From: Convolutriloba macropyga
Taxonomy: Eukaryota
DNA: 64,000 bases
NCBI RefSeq assembly: GCF_964194025.1
Contig: NC_134469.1
Span: forward strand, 51,770,001-51,834,000
Direction: 5' to 3'
Every line of letters starts with the position of its first letter. The first letter of the stretch is position 1. The notes under the pieces are model-generated. The model worked only from the letters and a program-made list of their open reading frames with translations. It was not told the origin of the DNA and did not search any database. This document shows positions 1-12,675 of the stretch, piece by piece. The translations under genes were made by a program, and so were the position numbers.

Positions 1-44
1 TTTTTAATTGTAAGCTAAGACTGCTCCGGCTAGGTTTTTCAAAA

Positions 45-310
45 ATGCGTTTTATCGTTTGTAAACGTTTCTCGTTTTACGTACAACTTTCACAACTGAT
101 TCCTGATTTACGGCACTCACAGTTTCTACTAAATTGATTTTAAATCTAATTCATCAAATAATTATGCAATATAGCGAATAATGCTCAGGTCAAAAGAGCA
201 AATCAAAACAAAAAGGATAATCCGATAAATCCCGTTCATTGAGTCATAGTGCATTAGACTATCCCAATTTATTAGTTTGCTAGCTGGCATTAGTATTAAA
301 ATTAATAGCC
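45..310 (+). mobile_element. Partial HINE family C copy, opposite orientation to most copies
   Basis: Reverse complement of the internal core at about 51400-51660 and 45100-45310 (e.g. caaaagagcaaatcaaa, gtcatagtgcattag). Confidence 0.55.
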
Positions 311-659
311 TTTATTTTAGATGCTGAATAAGTATAAGTTTTGGATGTAACATACTTCGCACCAGTTTAGAACACTTTGGCCACTTAGAACACTTTGTCA
401 ATTTCTATCCCTTCGTTATTCTTTTTTGTTTCAATTCCAATCAAACTTATTCAATGCCAATCAAATGAAGACCATCTATACATATTTTTCTAACGCACCG
501 AATTGAAGTTATGGATGCAGCAACAATAATGAACTTGCATAAATGTTGGCCATAAAAATTTTGAGGTTAATTCAGGCAGTGAATCCCTTTTCTGTGCCTC
601 CTCGCCTTGTAAAGAATCATATTATCAATTTAGGTTGTTACGCGTTGATAAATACAAAC

Positions 660-800
660 CATTTTAAGTCGGACGAATGCTCCCGAACGACTGGCGAGGC
701 AATCAACTCCCAGATGAGACCAGTTGGGAATCGATTTCAGAAATTTTGCATTAAAAACACTTTTACAATAATTGCTTCAAACTTCGTTCGAGAGCAATTA
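660..800 (-). mobile_element. Internally deleted HINE family B copy
   Basis: Left end gtcggacgaatgctcccgaacgactggcgagg; right end aattgcttcaaacttcgttcgagagcaatt, as in other B copies. Confidence 0.65.
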
Positions 801-870
801 AAAATCCAACTACAGTTTATAACGGTCATTTCAATAGCCAAAATGTTCTGTGTACTTTTTACAAACTCAC

Positions 871-1008
871 CATAAGGCTGATCAGGTGGATGATGTGTTA
901 CTCCCATGTAATGGAAGGGTGCATAGATTGGCACCTGGTTGATGCCAGGAGCCGAGGACAGACTATTGCAACATGTACATTGTGATGCAGCAGACGACAA
1001 CGGATACC
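871..1008 (-). CDS. Predicted internal exon (phase 1-1) of the large orphan gene; GYPLSSAASQCTCCNSLSSAPGINQVPIYAPFHYMGVTHHPPDQPY
   Basis: Acceptor ttctag| at 1009-1011, donor |GTGAGT at 870; 138 nt, open frame, more GC-rich than its flanks; phase matches the neighbouring predicted exons. Confidence 0.6.
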
Positions 1009-1241
1009 CTAGAATCATGAGTTTGAAAAGAAAAATTGTCGCTCTCGACTAGCAAGAGACTTAAATCTCTTTCTGCTCGTTCCCTAATACTTTGATTTTG
1101 ACCTAATACATCTCCGAGACAATGTGATAAAAAAAGTGATGTCACCAGGTTTGGCAGTCCTCCGCGATTTAATTATGATGACATGAGTATATCTATGATA
1201 GCTGGTATCATGACTATATTTATTCCAAATTGAACTTTAAC

Positions 1242-1418
1242 CTAAGGGAGAAGGATAGAAGAAACTTCGTCCTCCCACGGGCGTTGTCAGCATTACTTGA
1301 TTTGAGTTGTTTGCAATGGGAGGCAAACCAGTATTCATAGATCCAGTACACACAGGAGTGTTCGCAACAGCTTTAAAACAAAAATGACATTGTTCTGAAG
1401 TACAAATAGTAGCAGGTA
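1242..1418 (-). CDS. Predicted internal exon (phase 1-1) of the large orphan gene
   Basis: Acceptor gtgtcag| at 1419-1421 (an alternative in-phase ttcag lies near 1395), donor |GTTAAA at 1241; 177 nt open frame inside ORF 1237..1425. Confidence 0.45.
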
Positions 1419-1689
1419 CTGACACTTTTCACTCGAGGCACGGTATGGAAAAAATAGAGCTCCCACACCATTCGTTTAATTAAATTTAGTACAAAAAGGG
1501 TTAAAGCTGTTATAAAAATTTTGCACATATCGAACAACGGAAATTTGGTCCTTCAAGAGACTGCTCAAAAAATTTCACAAACCAGAAATTTATTAATTCC
1601 TGTAATGTCCTAAATTTGGATACTTTTTCAAAAGGTCCTCTCAAAAAAACTTCAACTATAGAGATTTCATATTTAAAACAAAATATGGG

Positions 1690-2040
1690 AGAGGGGTGGT
1701 CAAGCGATGGGGGTAGGGTTGGGAGGGCTGGACGAGAGGGGTCCAAATTTCCAGGTCGAGAGGAGGGTGGACGGGTGAGTGTTAGGGGCGGGAGTGAAAG
1801 ATTAAGAACCGCTCTTCACATCATGGAATTGTCTCCTCGAAACATTTAAAGTGAATGCATACCTAGAGACTGCTACGTACCGCTGCTCAGCCACTTAATA
1901 CCCTCCAGGCTTTACCTGTTTATACCGTTTTAGAGGACGAAAAGTTAAAAGGGTCAGACAAAAAACGTCAGTCGAGCAACAAATGGCATAAAAAAGACCA
2001 CAGGACTATCAAAATTGCTACAAACATCGTTTGAAAGCAA
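1690..2040 (-). mobile_element. HINE family B copy with a G-rich core
   Basis: Similar to 53951-54350 (tacctgtttataccgttttagaggacgaaaag...aattgctacaaacatcgtttgaaagcaa); directly abuts the family A copy. Confidence 0.6.
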
Positions 2041-2540
2041 ACATAGCTGGCGGATTGCCAGAAAATAGCCGCAATATATTCGTAGATCGGCCGTCTAAAA
2101 AAAACAGTAAAAAAGACAGACCAAAAAAATTTGCCTTTTCATTGAAGGCTGATCTGTTATATTTTGATTAAAAATCTGTATAAGTTATTGCTGCCTCTAT
2201 TAGCTGATCTCAAATAACCTTCATTTAGAGTGACACACACCCATTTGACCTTATCTCTTCGAATTAAAGTAAATAAAAGTCAATTTCAAAGTGAGGAAGT
2301 CATTTTTGAGAGTGAGGTCAGTCAAGTGTGACCAAAAATTTAATCACGCATGAACAAAAAAACTCGCTCCACTAAGAGCGAAAAATGACGTCACACATGC
2401 AATTCAGTTGAAATTGCATGAACGAATGAACAAAAAGTGGCTGTGACGTCATATGGTCGTAACAAAAATCATGACGACGAAATAAAAAAAAACCAAGAGA
2501 AGGCCAATAATAGCCCCAGCTATCGCTTTGCGGCTATTAA
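2041..2540 (-). mobile_element. HINE family A (DINE-1/Helentron-like non-autonomous element), complete ~500-bp copy
   Basis: Subterminal inverted repeats AATAGCCGCAA (2064-2074) / TTGCGGCTATT (2528-2538); terminal palindrome CTGGC-ggatt-GCCAG (2047-2061); short hairpin at the other end; close match to 36312-36810. Confidence 0.8.
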
Positions 2541-3021
2541 TAAAAAAATTACAACAATGAGACACAAAATGAACTGACAACATCATGAGAAGCATTCCAT
2601 GAATGATTTAACAAATAGCAGATTTGTAATGTTTCAGAAAAACGGATTGTAACAAAATCTGGAGCACAGCAGATTGCTGGACAATAGCGTCAAAATATAC
2701 TATTATCACACTTGCTTAAAAAGTCCACAGAGATCGAAAACAAAAAATTGTCCGAAAAACACGATTAATTTCAAATTCTATCCTCATTTTTGAATAAAAT
2801 TTAAAACAGCAAAAGAAAGCAGAAGTCATTTTAATGATGGATGTCATAAAAGTTATCGCATGATTAACCCAAAAACCCAAGCCAAAGAATAAAAAATGAT
2901 ATCAAGCAAACAACTTCAGCTGCAGAGTGGTGGATGTCATACAGAATGTCAGTCTAACTTTTAGTCTCATAAAATGGTCTCAAAAAATAGCCAATTTTTT
3001 TCAAAAAATTTGTAGAGCATT

Positions 3022-3400
3022 TAATTGCTCTCGAACAAAGCTTGAAGCAATTATTGTATGTGTGCCTTTATTATGCAAAATTTGTTCCAGAAAGTTTTTT
3101 TTTCGATTTAAGTTCTCAAGTGACTTTAGCATGCTTGACTTCTTGATTTCTGCGTGACCTAAATTGCTCTCATTAATAAAAAAAGATTGTTGCTAAAACA
3201 AAAGCGATTGTAAGATACGCTATTACAAAGCACTGATAGCGGAGCCATTAATGTTTCCGTTAATCACTGCGGAAGTCAGGGGTTCTAACCCCACCTTTTT
3301 TGCACACAAATTCTCTAGGCTACAATTATGAAGCATTAACCGCTCGGTAGAAATCAAGAATTGCGTATAAACATAAAATGCGTGGCCTGACCAGCAGAAC
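3022..3400 (+). mobile_element. HINE family B copy (plus orientation) with a decayed tRNA-like cassette at ~3232-3295
   Basis: Starts taattgctctcgaacaaagcttgaagcaatt (subTIR plus inverted repeat); B-box-like ggttctaaccc at ~3281-3291. Confidence 0.6.
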
Positions 3401-3593
3401 AATTGACCATTACGTGCCAACAATGCAGAAAAACAGTTACACATACTCAGGAAAATATCAATCATAGCATTTTGCAGACGCTTTTAAAGTTGAGTTTTTG
3501 AAAACTGATTTTGAAAACAATTCGCGAGCAAGCAGAGATACTTTTTGTTATAAGAAACAAGAGGCCAAAACTATTTTAAAAACAATATATTAA

Positions 3594-4100
3594 ACATACC
3601 CTGCAGATTGCCGCCGTTGATCCCCATAACCAAGATTGGGATTGAAAAGAAATTAATGAGAAAAAAATTTCTGTACACAAAAAACTTTAAAGTGCGAACT
3701 ATTTTGATGTCATTTTGGAGCTGAACATACTCCTGTTTCGTAGAGAAACGACACAGGAGAAGGTAACATAACCAATAAGCATTAGAAATGGTAACTAAAA
3801 GTTCGAGTAACGTGCATCTAAAGTTGGGCTTTATGGGTTTTTCTCATTTCCTTTTCTGACTTCGTTTTCTGAAGCCGACTCTGTTCATTTTGAATTGCTT
3901 TCATGAGCAACTGCTGTCTAAAAACACTTTTAGCAGAATGAGAGAAGAGTGAAACTAGCCTAGAGAAGTCAAAAGGATTTACCGCAAAAGGTTGAACAAG
4001 CTGTGAACTAAGGTAAAGCGAAAAATTGTTAATCGACGACGTAAAAAAGAAATAGGAGCACTATAAGAGCCGGCTGAGAAGCTGAGAGAGGCTATTAATA
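3594..4100 (-). mobile_element. Diverged HINE family C-like copy
   Basis: Left end acataccctgcagattgccgccg...gattgaaa resembles 51189-51252; core similar to 35100-35310; ends ...gaggctatt. Confidence 0.45.
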
Positions 4101-5751
4101 ATACTAATGTCGATAAAAAAAAGTGTTGATTGTAAAAAAAAATTGTGTCGATAAAACCTACATATTAGTTCAAAGGCAAGCTTTAAAGCAGATTCATCGG
4201 CCCGTAGAAATAAAAAACAAACAAAATTTTTTGTCAATCATAAAAAGCTATCTCAATTGTATAAAACTTATTAAACTTACTTGAACGTCAATTCAGAGCC
4301 CAATATTCGACGACCGTGAAAGGAAAACAAAAAAAAAACCGCATTTTGGGCTCAAATACCGACAACTTCATCTAAAATTTTGGGCACTTATATCAATTCC
4401 AGCACACCATAGCACTTGAATGACTACTAAATTCATTATAGGGACTCTATCGAATCTTAATACATGTTTAATCACATTTTAAAAAAGTCAGAGCAGCACG
4501 ACAACTCAAAATGTTTGGATAGTCGGTTCTAGGCTGTCAAAAATTGAACGTCACCGACAAACATTGGACAAAGTGCTGCCAATTGACAGGCGTGAACCTA
4601 ATTCTATTGTACCTTGCTTCAACTATGGGGCCTTGGACGAGGGATAAATTAATTAGAGGCTTCAAATGACATTTATAGTAGTTAAAGACAATCGTTAAAT
4701 TTTTAATCGAATCTGCTTTAAATGGAGTTCAGTTGCTTAAAACTATAACTGACGGAGCAACCCTTTAGCAGGTACAACATAAATGGCGACAAAAATTTCC
4801 TCAGATTTTGTTCGAGGGCAGTTAATACTATATTCTGATTTAATATTCAAAAAATTTTGATCGAAAAAACCAAAAACTTCAGAAAAATCGGAATAAGGAA
4901 AAGGTAGTGAATATGAGAGACTTGAACATTCTCTCGGAAACTCATCTTAGAAAAAGCTTTGAAAAAAGCACAGCTTAAAACTTATCACCTTTTCGCCATC
5001 TATACTACTTCGGTGGGTGACTAAAATCGACGAAATTTTAGGTCTTAATAAATTCGAAAATCAGAAAACCGTGAACAGATGGCAACAAGAAGTCTCGGCA
5101 TTGGGCAATCGCTCATATTGTCCGGACTTTGCTCATGTAAGTTTTTGACTTAATTGTCAACCAAATGACGAAGTGACAGGAAACTTTTATTTAATCGTAT
5201 ACTTCAAAAAATTAGCATATGAGTATAAAAAAATCGGCACAACCTCAACAACAAAAATAATTTTTAAAATGCCGCCTTAGAAAGCCGATGTAACTGGCCT
5301 AATGTGACTATGGGACAACACAAACATCAAAATAAAATAACAAAAAACAGTAATTACAGCAAAAAAATTCTATATCGAATCTATATTTTTCAAAAACAAT
5401 TAGCAACAATTTCAACTGAGTACCAGAGAAAAATTAAATGAACAAAAATAAACTGAACTTCAATAGAAAGCAGAGCCAATTACTCCTTAAATAGACTAGG
5501 TAACAAGCTAACAAAAACAGGGAAGTTGAAAACCAATCGAAATTTTTAAATCCAAATATTTTCATTAGTCAAAACAAACCTAAACTTTCAACCACAAAAA
5601 AATAAAGAAATTTACAGGTAAATCCTTAGGACGCCGATGAGATCTGTTTTAAGTGAAAATAGACCTAATGACTAGAAAACAAAAACAAATACAGGCAAAA
5701 CTAAAAAAATGACATTTTACAAAAATAGGAAATTGAAGTCCATAAGCCAAA

Positions 5752-5753
<2 letters not shown>

Positions 5754-5798
<45 letters not shown>
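5754..5798. repeat. (TA)n microsatellite
   Basis: About 22 perfect TA units. Confidence 0.98.
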
Positions 5799-5804
<6 letters not shown>

Positions 5805-5899
5805 TGACAATAGGAAAAAAACAAAAAAAAAGGAAAAAAACACCCTCGAACAATCATGTTGCTGAATTAGCTTAAGCACGCAAGGAATTTTTGTCGCGT

Positions 5900-6405
5900 C
5901 AAATCTCGACCAGTCCCTTCCTTTGAGACTAGTGAGACTCATAAGGCTCTGAGATAGCATATTGCTCTGAGTTTTACCTGTTTATCTCATTTTTCAGGAC
6001 GGAAGTCAACTGGTTAAACAAAAAACGACTAAGAGTCGGTAGTACATAGAATCTCAAAAAGACCAGCAGGACTAACAACATAGTTCTATTAACGTCGGAA
6101 CAATAGCTCTAAAACAATTAGCGGGTAATGTTCTAGAGGGGGTCTAGTTTAGAAACTTTTTATGGGTCTCCCACCTTAACCACCTGCTGTAGTAACCCGT
6201 TAACCATCACATTTATATTAGCAACAGATTTATTTTTGGAGAACAATTCAAATGACTCGCAAATCAAGACACCGAGGGTGAAAATGTCACTAACGAGCAA
6301 AAGAATGTTCTAGAAGAAAAGCGCAAAACGGTCAAGCAGAATTTTGCATAAAAAAGACACAAACACATTAACAATAATTGCTTCAAACTTTTCGGGAGCT
6401 ACTAA
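5900..6405 (-). mobile_element. Two adjacent decayed HINE family B copies
   Basis: gactagtgag...aaaaagaccagcaggactaa, then taacgtcggaacaatagctc...aattgcttcaaacttttcgggagc. Confidence 0.55.
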
Positions 6406-6976
6406 TAAATGCTACAAAATTAATTTGAGAGAAAATAATATGTTCACATAAGGGCTTAAATGACATCGTTTGAGGTAATTACAGACCACTGTTAAGATTT
6501 AAAGTGAAAATTGAAATCAATTGGACGTACTTTTGATTTTAATTTTAGTAGTAAACTGTCACAGACTGAGTTCAGCTGCTTCAAATTGTGAATGAGAGAA
6601 CAATATATATCACGCAAAACCCGAAAAATCAAGGACGCAAATTTCACTCAAAAAGTCAAAATCAAAAAGAAAAATTTTGCATGAAAAGACACACGACTAT
6701 AATGATTGCTTCAAACTTCATTCGAGGGCAATTAATAAGACAGAGGGGAATTTGCATTTCAAGAGGCAGGGCTATTTAGTAAGTTCACTTCATCTGAAAA
6801 TTCTGAAGACAAAAAGTTGCCCGGAATCAAGACTCAATTCGTTTTGCTCAATGATGGACCTTGGAGTTTACTCAGCATCCAAAAAAAACCATTCGATAAA
6901 AACCCTAAAATAGGTAGAAAGCACTCAATAAAAGCCCGAAAAATGCTTCGAGGCCACTTGAAAGACAGCAGCTAAC

Positions 6977-7324
6977 CTCCCATTGGGGCTCCAAGATGCT
7001 TAGGACCAGAGCAGTTCCGGCCACTCGCTTCAGTCACCGTAACTTTTACAAAAGGCTCGCCTGCTGAAGTTTCCTTGTTTGAGGGTGGCGTCATTTTTGC
7101 AATTTTGGGAGTTTCATAACCGCAATCGGGAGAATCATTTGCCTTTCTTTTCAATACCGCGCTGCTCCGTCCTGATACCAGAACACACGAACTCATCAAA
7201 TGCTCCACGCTCCCTGAGGATATCTTGGACAATTTTGGAGTACCACTGTAGCCTTCATCTGCAGGAGACACCAGTCTGTGTACTTCCTTCGTTGTTGTTT
7301 GTGGAACTTGTGAGTCATACAAGT
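6977..7324 (-). CDS. Predicted internal exon (phase 1-1) of the large orphan gene; Ser/Thr-Pro rich with a possible NLS (LKRKAND...TPKIAK)
   Basis: Acceptor ccttcttag| at 7325-7327, donor |GTTAGC at 6976; 348 nt; phase matches the donor at 30093. Confidence 0.65.
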
Positions 7325-9168
7325 CTAAGAAGGTTGACAAACACAGTTTTATTGGCATTGATTTCGTGCAAGTAAAAATTATACCACGAACCCAAACAGA
7401 TTTATTTCTTCTCACCAACCTTGTATAGGTGAAAGAGTTCATACGAACATTTTAACAAAATTACAGACGGTAAAAAGCAATCATGAATTGCTCCTGAACT
7501 TTCAATTTCAGACTTTCCTCAATATTTATAAAAAAAATTAAAAAACCAACCTTGCTGGAATTATTCCAACCTTTCCTCTAATCATTCAAAATTATCAACC
7601 AATGTTCCTTCTAAAATCTAATTAGAAACAAAAAGATCTCATCCTATATTTTAAAAATTCTGTGTTCTATTGCATTCTATTGACAATCAATCAAAGCAGA
7701 TTTGTCCACAATTCACCGCCAAACTTCTGTTAGTTCGGAAAAAATAATAGATGTTCAAAAATTATTAGACGCTGTAAGGTTTTGGGATTGTGCGCAAAAG
7801 GCGGTAACAAATCGCAACACAAATGACCACAAAAACGCCAAAATAACTACGCTAAACCCCCGTTTTTAAAACTGTTAAAAACAACCAGAAAACCCAGAAG
7901 CGACTGGCACAGGCCAGTTATCGTATTGAGAGTGAATGTTGGAAAATATGTTCCACCAACTGAAGCGTCAAGGCCTCACAGTCCGTGACTATTCTTTCAC
8001 AGCAACAGCTCAAAGAAACATGGATTAAGATGCTAGCATCCAAATGTGCAAGCATCCGTTCTGAAAAACTATACTACCGTTTAAAAAAAAATTAGAACAA
8101 TGTTCTATCAAAATTTTAAAAGATGCCTCGAGCAGTCGAGAACTGAAAAATTGCAGAGTATCAAATTCGCGAATTCTTATGACATTCAATATTGGTTTGC
8201 ATTAAAAAGCCAATATGTGCGTACAGAATTTCCACGTTTCGTGTCAGTCACCTATGACACATTGCACCACAACCCACGCCAAATTCAGTAATAGATGACT
8301 GCACGCAGAAAATTCAGCTGGAAAGAAGTCACTACTCTCAAATTTGAAGACTGATTAAATGAGCAGATACAATCAGATATTGACAAACTTTCAAAACTAA
8401 ACCAGTAGCTTCCATCAACAGAAAACTAAAGTTCATACTATGCCATCTGAAAAAAAAGTATCTTTGTTCCAAAACACGACGCAAAGAACAAGAAAACAGA
8501 AAACCTGATCCCTGTAAAACACTTCTTTTTTCCATGTTTGGGCAAAAAGATACTAAAAGACTGTCAAAGCTTGAGAAGTTAATCTATTTGCACCTAGGTT
8601 GCTGAAGTCAAATTTGAACACTCAACGAGCACAAACATTTTCGTTCACTTACTCAAAAAATTCCAGACTATCAAACATTTTTTAAAATAAAACAACTTAA
8701 TCTCTTTAATTTGCTTTAAACTCTAAACTTTAAGCTAATTAAACTAAAATAGATAAACATAAATATGAAAAATATTTGTCACAAAACTTGTAAGAATACT
8801 GGGAAAATTTCTGCGTTAAAAAAATTGAGAAACCAAAAAATTTACCCACGTTTTCTCATTCTAATTGTATATCACTGTGTTGCTCCCCTCATTCTCAAAT
8901 GATATATCCGTAATTGAAAAGCTATTATCACTTTGTAATTTTAATATTTAGTTCTTAATTATTTTCAAAGCCATATTTGGTTCTCATATCTATCTGGGAC
9001 CTAAATTCTTAATGAGTTTATTTTTATTAACACTATACGGATGACAAGATAGTTGCATGACACAAAAAAAACTTGAAATGTATACCTGAAGTACCTGAAT
9101 ATTTATCTTTTTACGTTTAACTTATCATTGGTAAATACTGTAAAAGTAAAGTACATGGTGAAGTAAAA

Positions 9169-11594
9169 GTTCCGACCCCTACTTTAGTGGGGAGGGAGGA
9201 ACTATATACTCAACTGGTTTTTTTTTTGTTCAGACAATTTTGGCCGATCGATATATTCATCGTAGAGAATTGTGAGTGGTATCCTTAAAATTTTAATTAA
9301 GTTAATCGTTACCGTGATTTTTATTGTTACCGTTCGAGATAGAAGGGCGTCGCTGAATTGTCTGATTGAAGTTTTTTGACTAAAAATTTTGACACAATTT
9401 TCAAAATTCGAATTTTTTTTCATCAAATATGGCAAATATGCTTTTTTAGTCCACTTTGTTAAAGTTTGCCACACGTAGTGACCTAGAAACATTAACACAG
9501 TCTCCCTAATCTTCAAAACAGCGCTGCTTGAATTTAGGTGCCCTATTAAAGTCTTCTGGAGTCAAAAATTTGCCGTTTTTTGCAGATTTAACTCGATGAT
9601 TATACAAAAGGCATCGTTAATTTTTTTTTAATATTTGAAGAGTTCCACTCAACAATTGGTCTCACTCGCAAACACTTGTAACTTTTGGGCGGTTTTTGGG
9701 CCCCCGGCAAAATCAGGGATAGGTTTGATATTATCATGGATTCTTAGAATCAGAAGTCTTTTAATTTTTATTTTGTCTTTGCCTTTTTCAAAAAACTTGC
9801 TTTGTTTTTATAATGTTAATTAATGACAATTTCTTTCACGGCTCCATTAATTACAGCTCCAACTTACGTAAGCAAGAGGTTGAATAAAGATATAGTTTAT
9901 TTACAGACAACCAAAGGGTTTTTATGGCCTTGAAAAAGTTTTAGTAAACTTTAACTGAATTCTTGTGTTTTGCCTTCAATTTTTATCCTCTTTGCAGTCT
10001 GATTTTTTAATCTAACCATTCAAAGAACTTAAGGTTTCCTCATGAGGAGTAAGTGAACTTTTACCATGCATTCGGTTGTTAGCTAATGTCTCTTATGTTA
10101 TTGAATGTATTAGTTTTAAGGAAAGTTCAGTGATTTTTTGATTAGGTCAATTTTTTATTTTAATTTAGTCAACTTTTTGCTTATTGTCAGTAAGTACAGG
10201 TCAAATTTTCTTCGCTATAGAACACAAACTAATATGACGTGGATTGTTTTGACAGAAGGTTTTCTTGCTTTAATACAAAATTTTCGTGATTTTTGTGCAA
10301 AATTGCTCATTTTTGCTGTTGTTTTTGTTTCTTTGGTAAATTTTCACATAACTTAACAATCTAAATGAAAAAAAACTTAAAATTGAGAACAGAACATATT
10401 TATTCTTTTCATTACATGTGGTTTTAACGGCTGCGACACCGATCTCTGGTAGAATTTGGTTGAGTTATTTTATTTTTGCCCTCTATTTGTTGTTTTTTAT
10501 TGTTGTCATGTGCCAAATATTGGGTAAATAAAGGTCGCAGTGGCCAACTGTAGATTAAAAAACGAACTTAATAACTATAATAACTGGAATCCTTAAATAG
10601 CTAATGGTTTTATTGAACTACTGTTTCAGTCGAAAGCTTTTGTTGGCTATGAATTATGAAAATTTTTGTTTCTTTTTGGGAATATAGATTTTTGAGATTT
10701 GCCAATCTTATTTCTGTTAACTTGTAGCGTAGCAACTGTATAGAAAAGTAACATTTACCTATTGAAATAAAATTTGCTCTTCATTACGGTTTTATTTTCC
10801 TCCAATGGTCTTTGTTCTTGGTACAACCACTTTTCATAAAATATTCGTAATTTTTGCGTATTCGCTCTTTTTTGTAGGTTTTTGTTTTCTTTTCACAGTA
10901 TCACAATAATAGGCGTTCTTTGATTCACAAATGTTGTCAATTGAAAAACTGCAATCGAAGTTTTTTAATAATTTTAGTGAACAGCTTAATGCTTAATTGG
11001 CTGGGACACCTTTTTGGTGCAAATTTTGAGCAATTCTCGTGCAAATTTTTCCTTTTTGCCTGTATTTGTCGTTATCTTTGTAGTCGTATGACAAATCCTG
11101 GATAATGAAAGGTCTCAATCACTCTCTATGGAAGTATAAAAGAATCTCTCAATGATTTCATGTGATGCATAAAGTTTCTTATCAGTTCGAAATTGATTCT
11201 TTTCAAAAAAGCTATGTTTTATTAGGTTTTGGCCCTTTTGCTCATTTCTTGTCGACTTGTTATAAATTTTATCTGGTGCCATTTTGATTAGGTTATTAAT
11301 GGTTTTCAAAAAATGGACAACGAGTTTTGGTCGTATTTAATATTTGTAAATATTTGATTTTTATCGCCGTCTTTTCTGGTAGTCATATTATGGTAGTCAC
11401 AGGTCTCATAGGCACTCTGAGGTAGATTGTTTCATTCTTTTTGTAGTTCATTTAGTAGTTTGTTGAACGATATATTGATATGTAAACTTTTTTCCATCTC
11501 ATCTCTTCCTCTATTATTAGACAATTAATCATTAAATGTAGATGAGCGGGGTGGGAACTTAATGTGCAAACGCACATTACCGAGCCTCCTTGTT
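9169..11594 (+). mobile_element. Long HINE family E copy (~2.4 kb)
   Basis: 5' subTIR GTTCCGACCCC (9169-9179) with a nearby GGAAC inverted repeat; 3' subTIR ggggtgggaac (11548-11558), then palindrome TAATGTGC-aaac-GCACATTA and ...ccttgtt end. Ends shared with 16485-19159; body shared, inverted, with 26840-29570. Confidence 0.8.
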
Positions 11595-12675
11595 ATACTA
11601 AAAGAGCAGGTGACTATAATTGGTTATATATGTACTGAGACAACACGAAGAAACGTTCTGGCAGCATATGATTGCGAGATCAGAAAATATCTACAAAGGA
11701 CAAAAACAACCAATGCTACAAATTCAAATTTCGCAAAACCGAAGGCCAGAACAACAGAGAATCACCGTGAGATTCAATCGACAAAATAAACCTTTCTCAC
11801 AAACGAACTATCATCTCAATAAAACATAACCTTTGAACTCAGTACGTAAGACGGTTAGAGGCTCTGGATGCTAATCTAATTTAACGATCCGATATTCAAA
11901 ATGAAAGAAATTCAGTAACTATCAAGATAATTTTTATCTAAAGTCCAATTTATGCAACCAGACGTCTTGTTTTCCTTATTTAACTCAATCGACTCCTCAG
12001 CGAACAAGATGATAACACGCTATGTGTTTGGAGAGCTTCTAAAACGACATATGGGGCAATCAAAACAAAAAGAAAAAGAGGACATCGTCACTTTAGTAAT
12101 TGGGTAAGGTCTACAATACAATCATTAGTATGGCTTCGTAAATTTATATTATCGGTGCGTTAGTTAATTCTGTTCATGGAGCTCGTACTCTAACAACTAT
12201 GAACCACTACCGCAGTCCTTCATATCATTGTGCTAAGCATTCATTAGGTTTATTAAAGTACTTTTAGTAACGTTGAAAAACTGAAGCATATCAGTAACAT
12301 CTCAAGCTAAATTTTTAACAAGATGAAAAACTAAACAATCCATTAAAAAGGCCCAAATGGCTCACATGCGGATTAACAACGCAAAGTTTTTGCGGTCTAG
12401 ACGCATTTGACATTGATTTACTATTAAAGAATTCAGAGAATTGAAAACATGGAGGTCAGAAAGTGAAAAGTTAAACCCAAAAAAAGAGACTGCTGACAAT
12501 TTTTCAGATAAAATACGGGAGCAAGCGCAAAAATTTTCAGCAACCGCAGCAACACGCAGCAACAAAATACCTAAAACAATAAGAATATATTTTACAACCT
12601 ATGGAATATTAAAATATTTAAAAAATATATTGGATATTAAGAAACTAAAAACAATGAAAACTTAAAAAAGGTCCC

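Noticed and set aside
1510-1849. GC-rich ORFs on both strands
   Set aside because: They overlap the G-rich core of a family B repeat; no splice or homology support.
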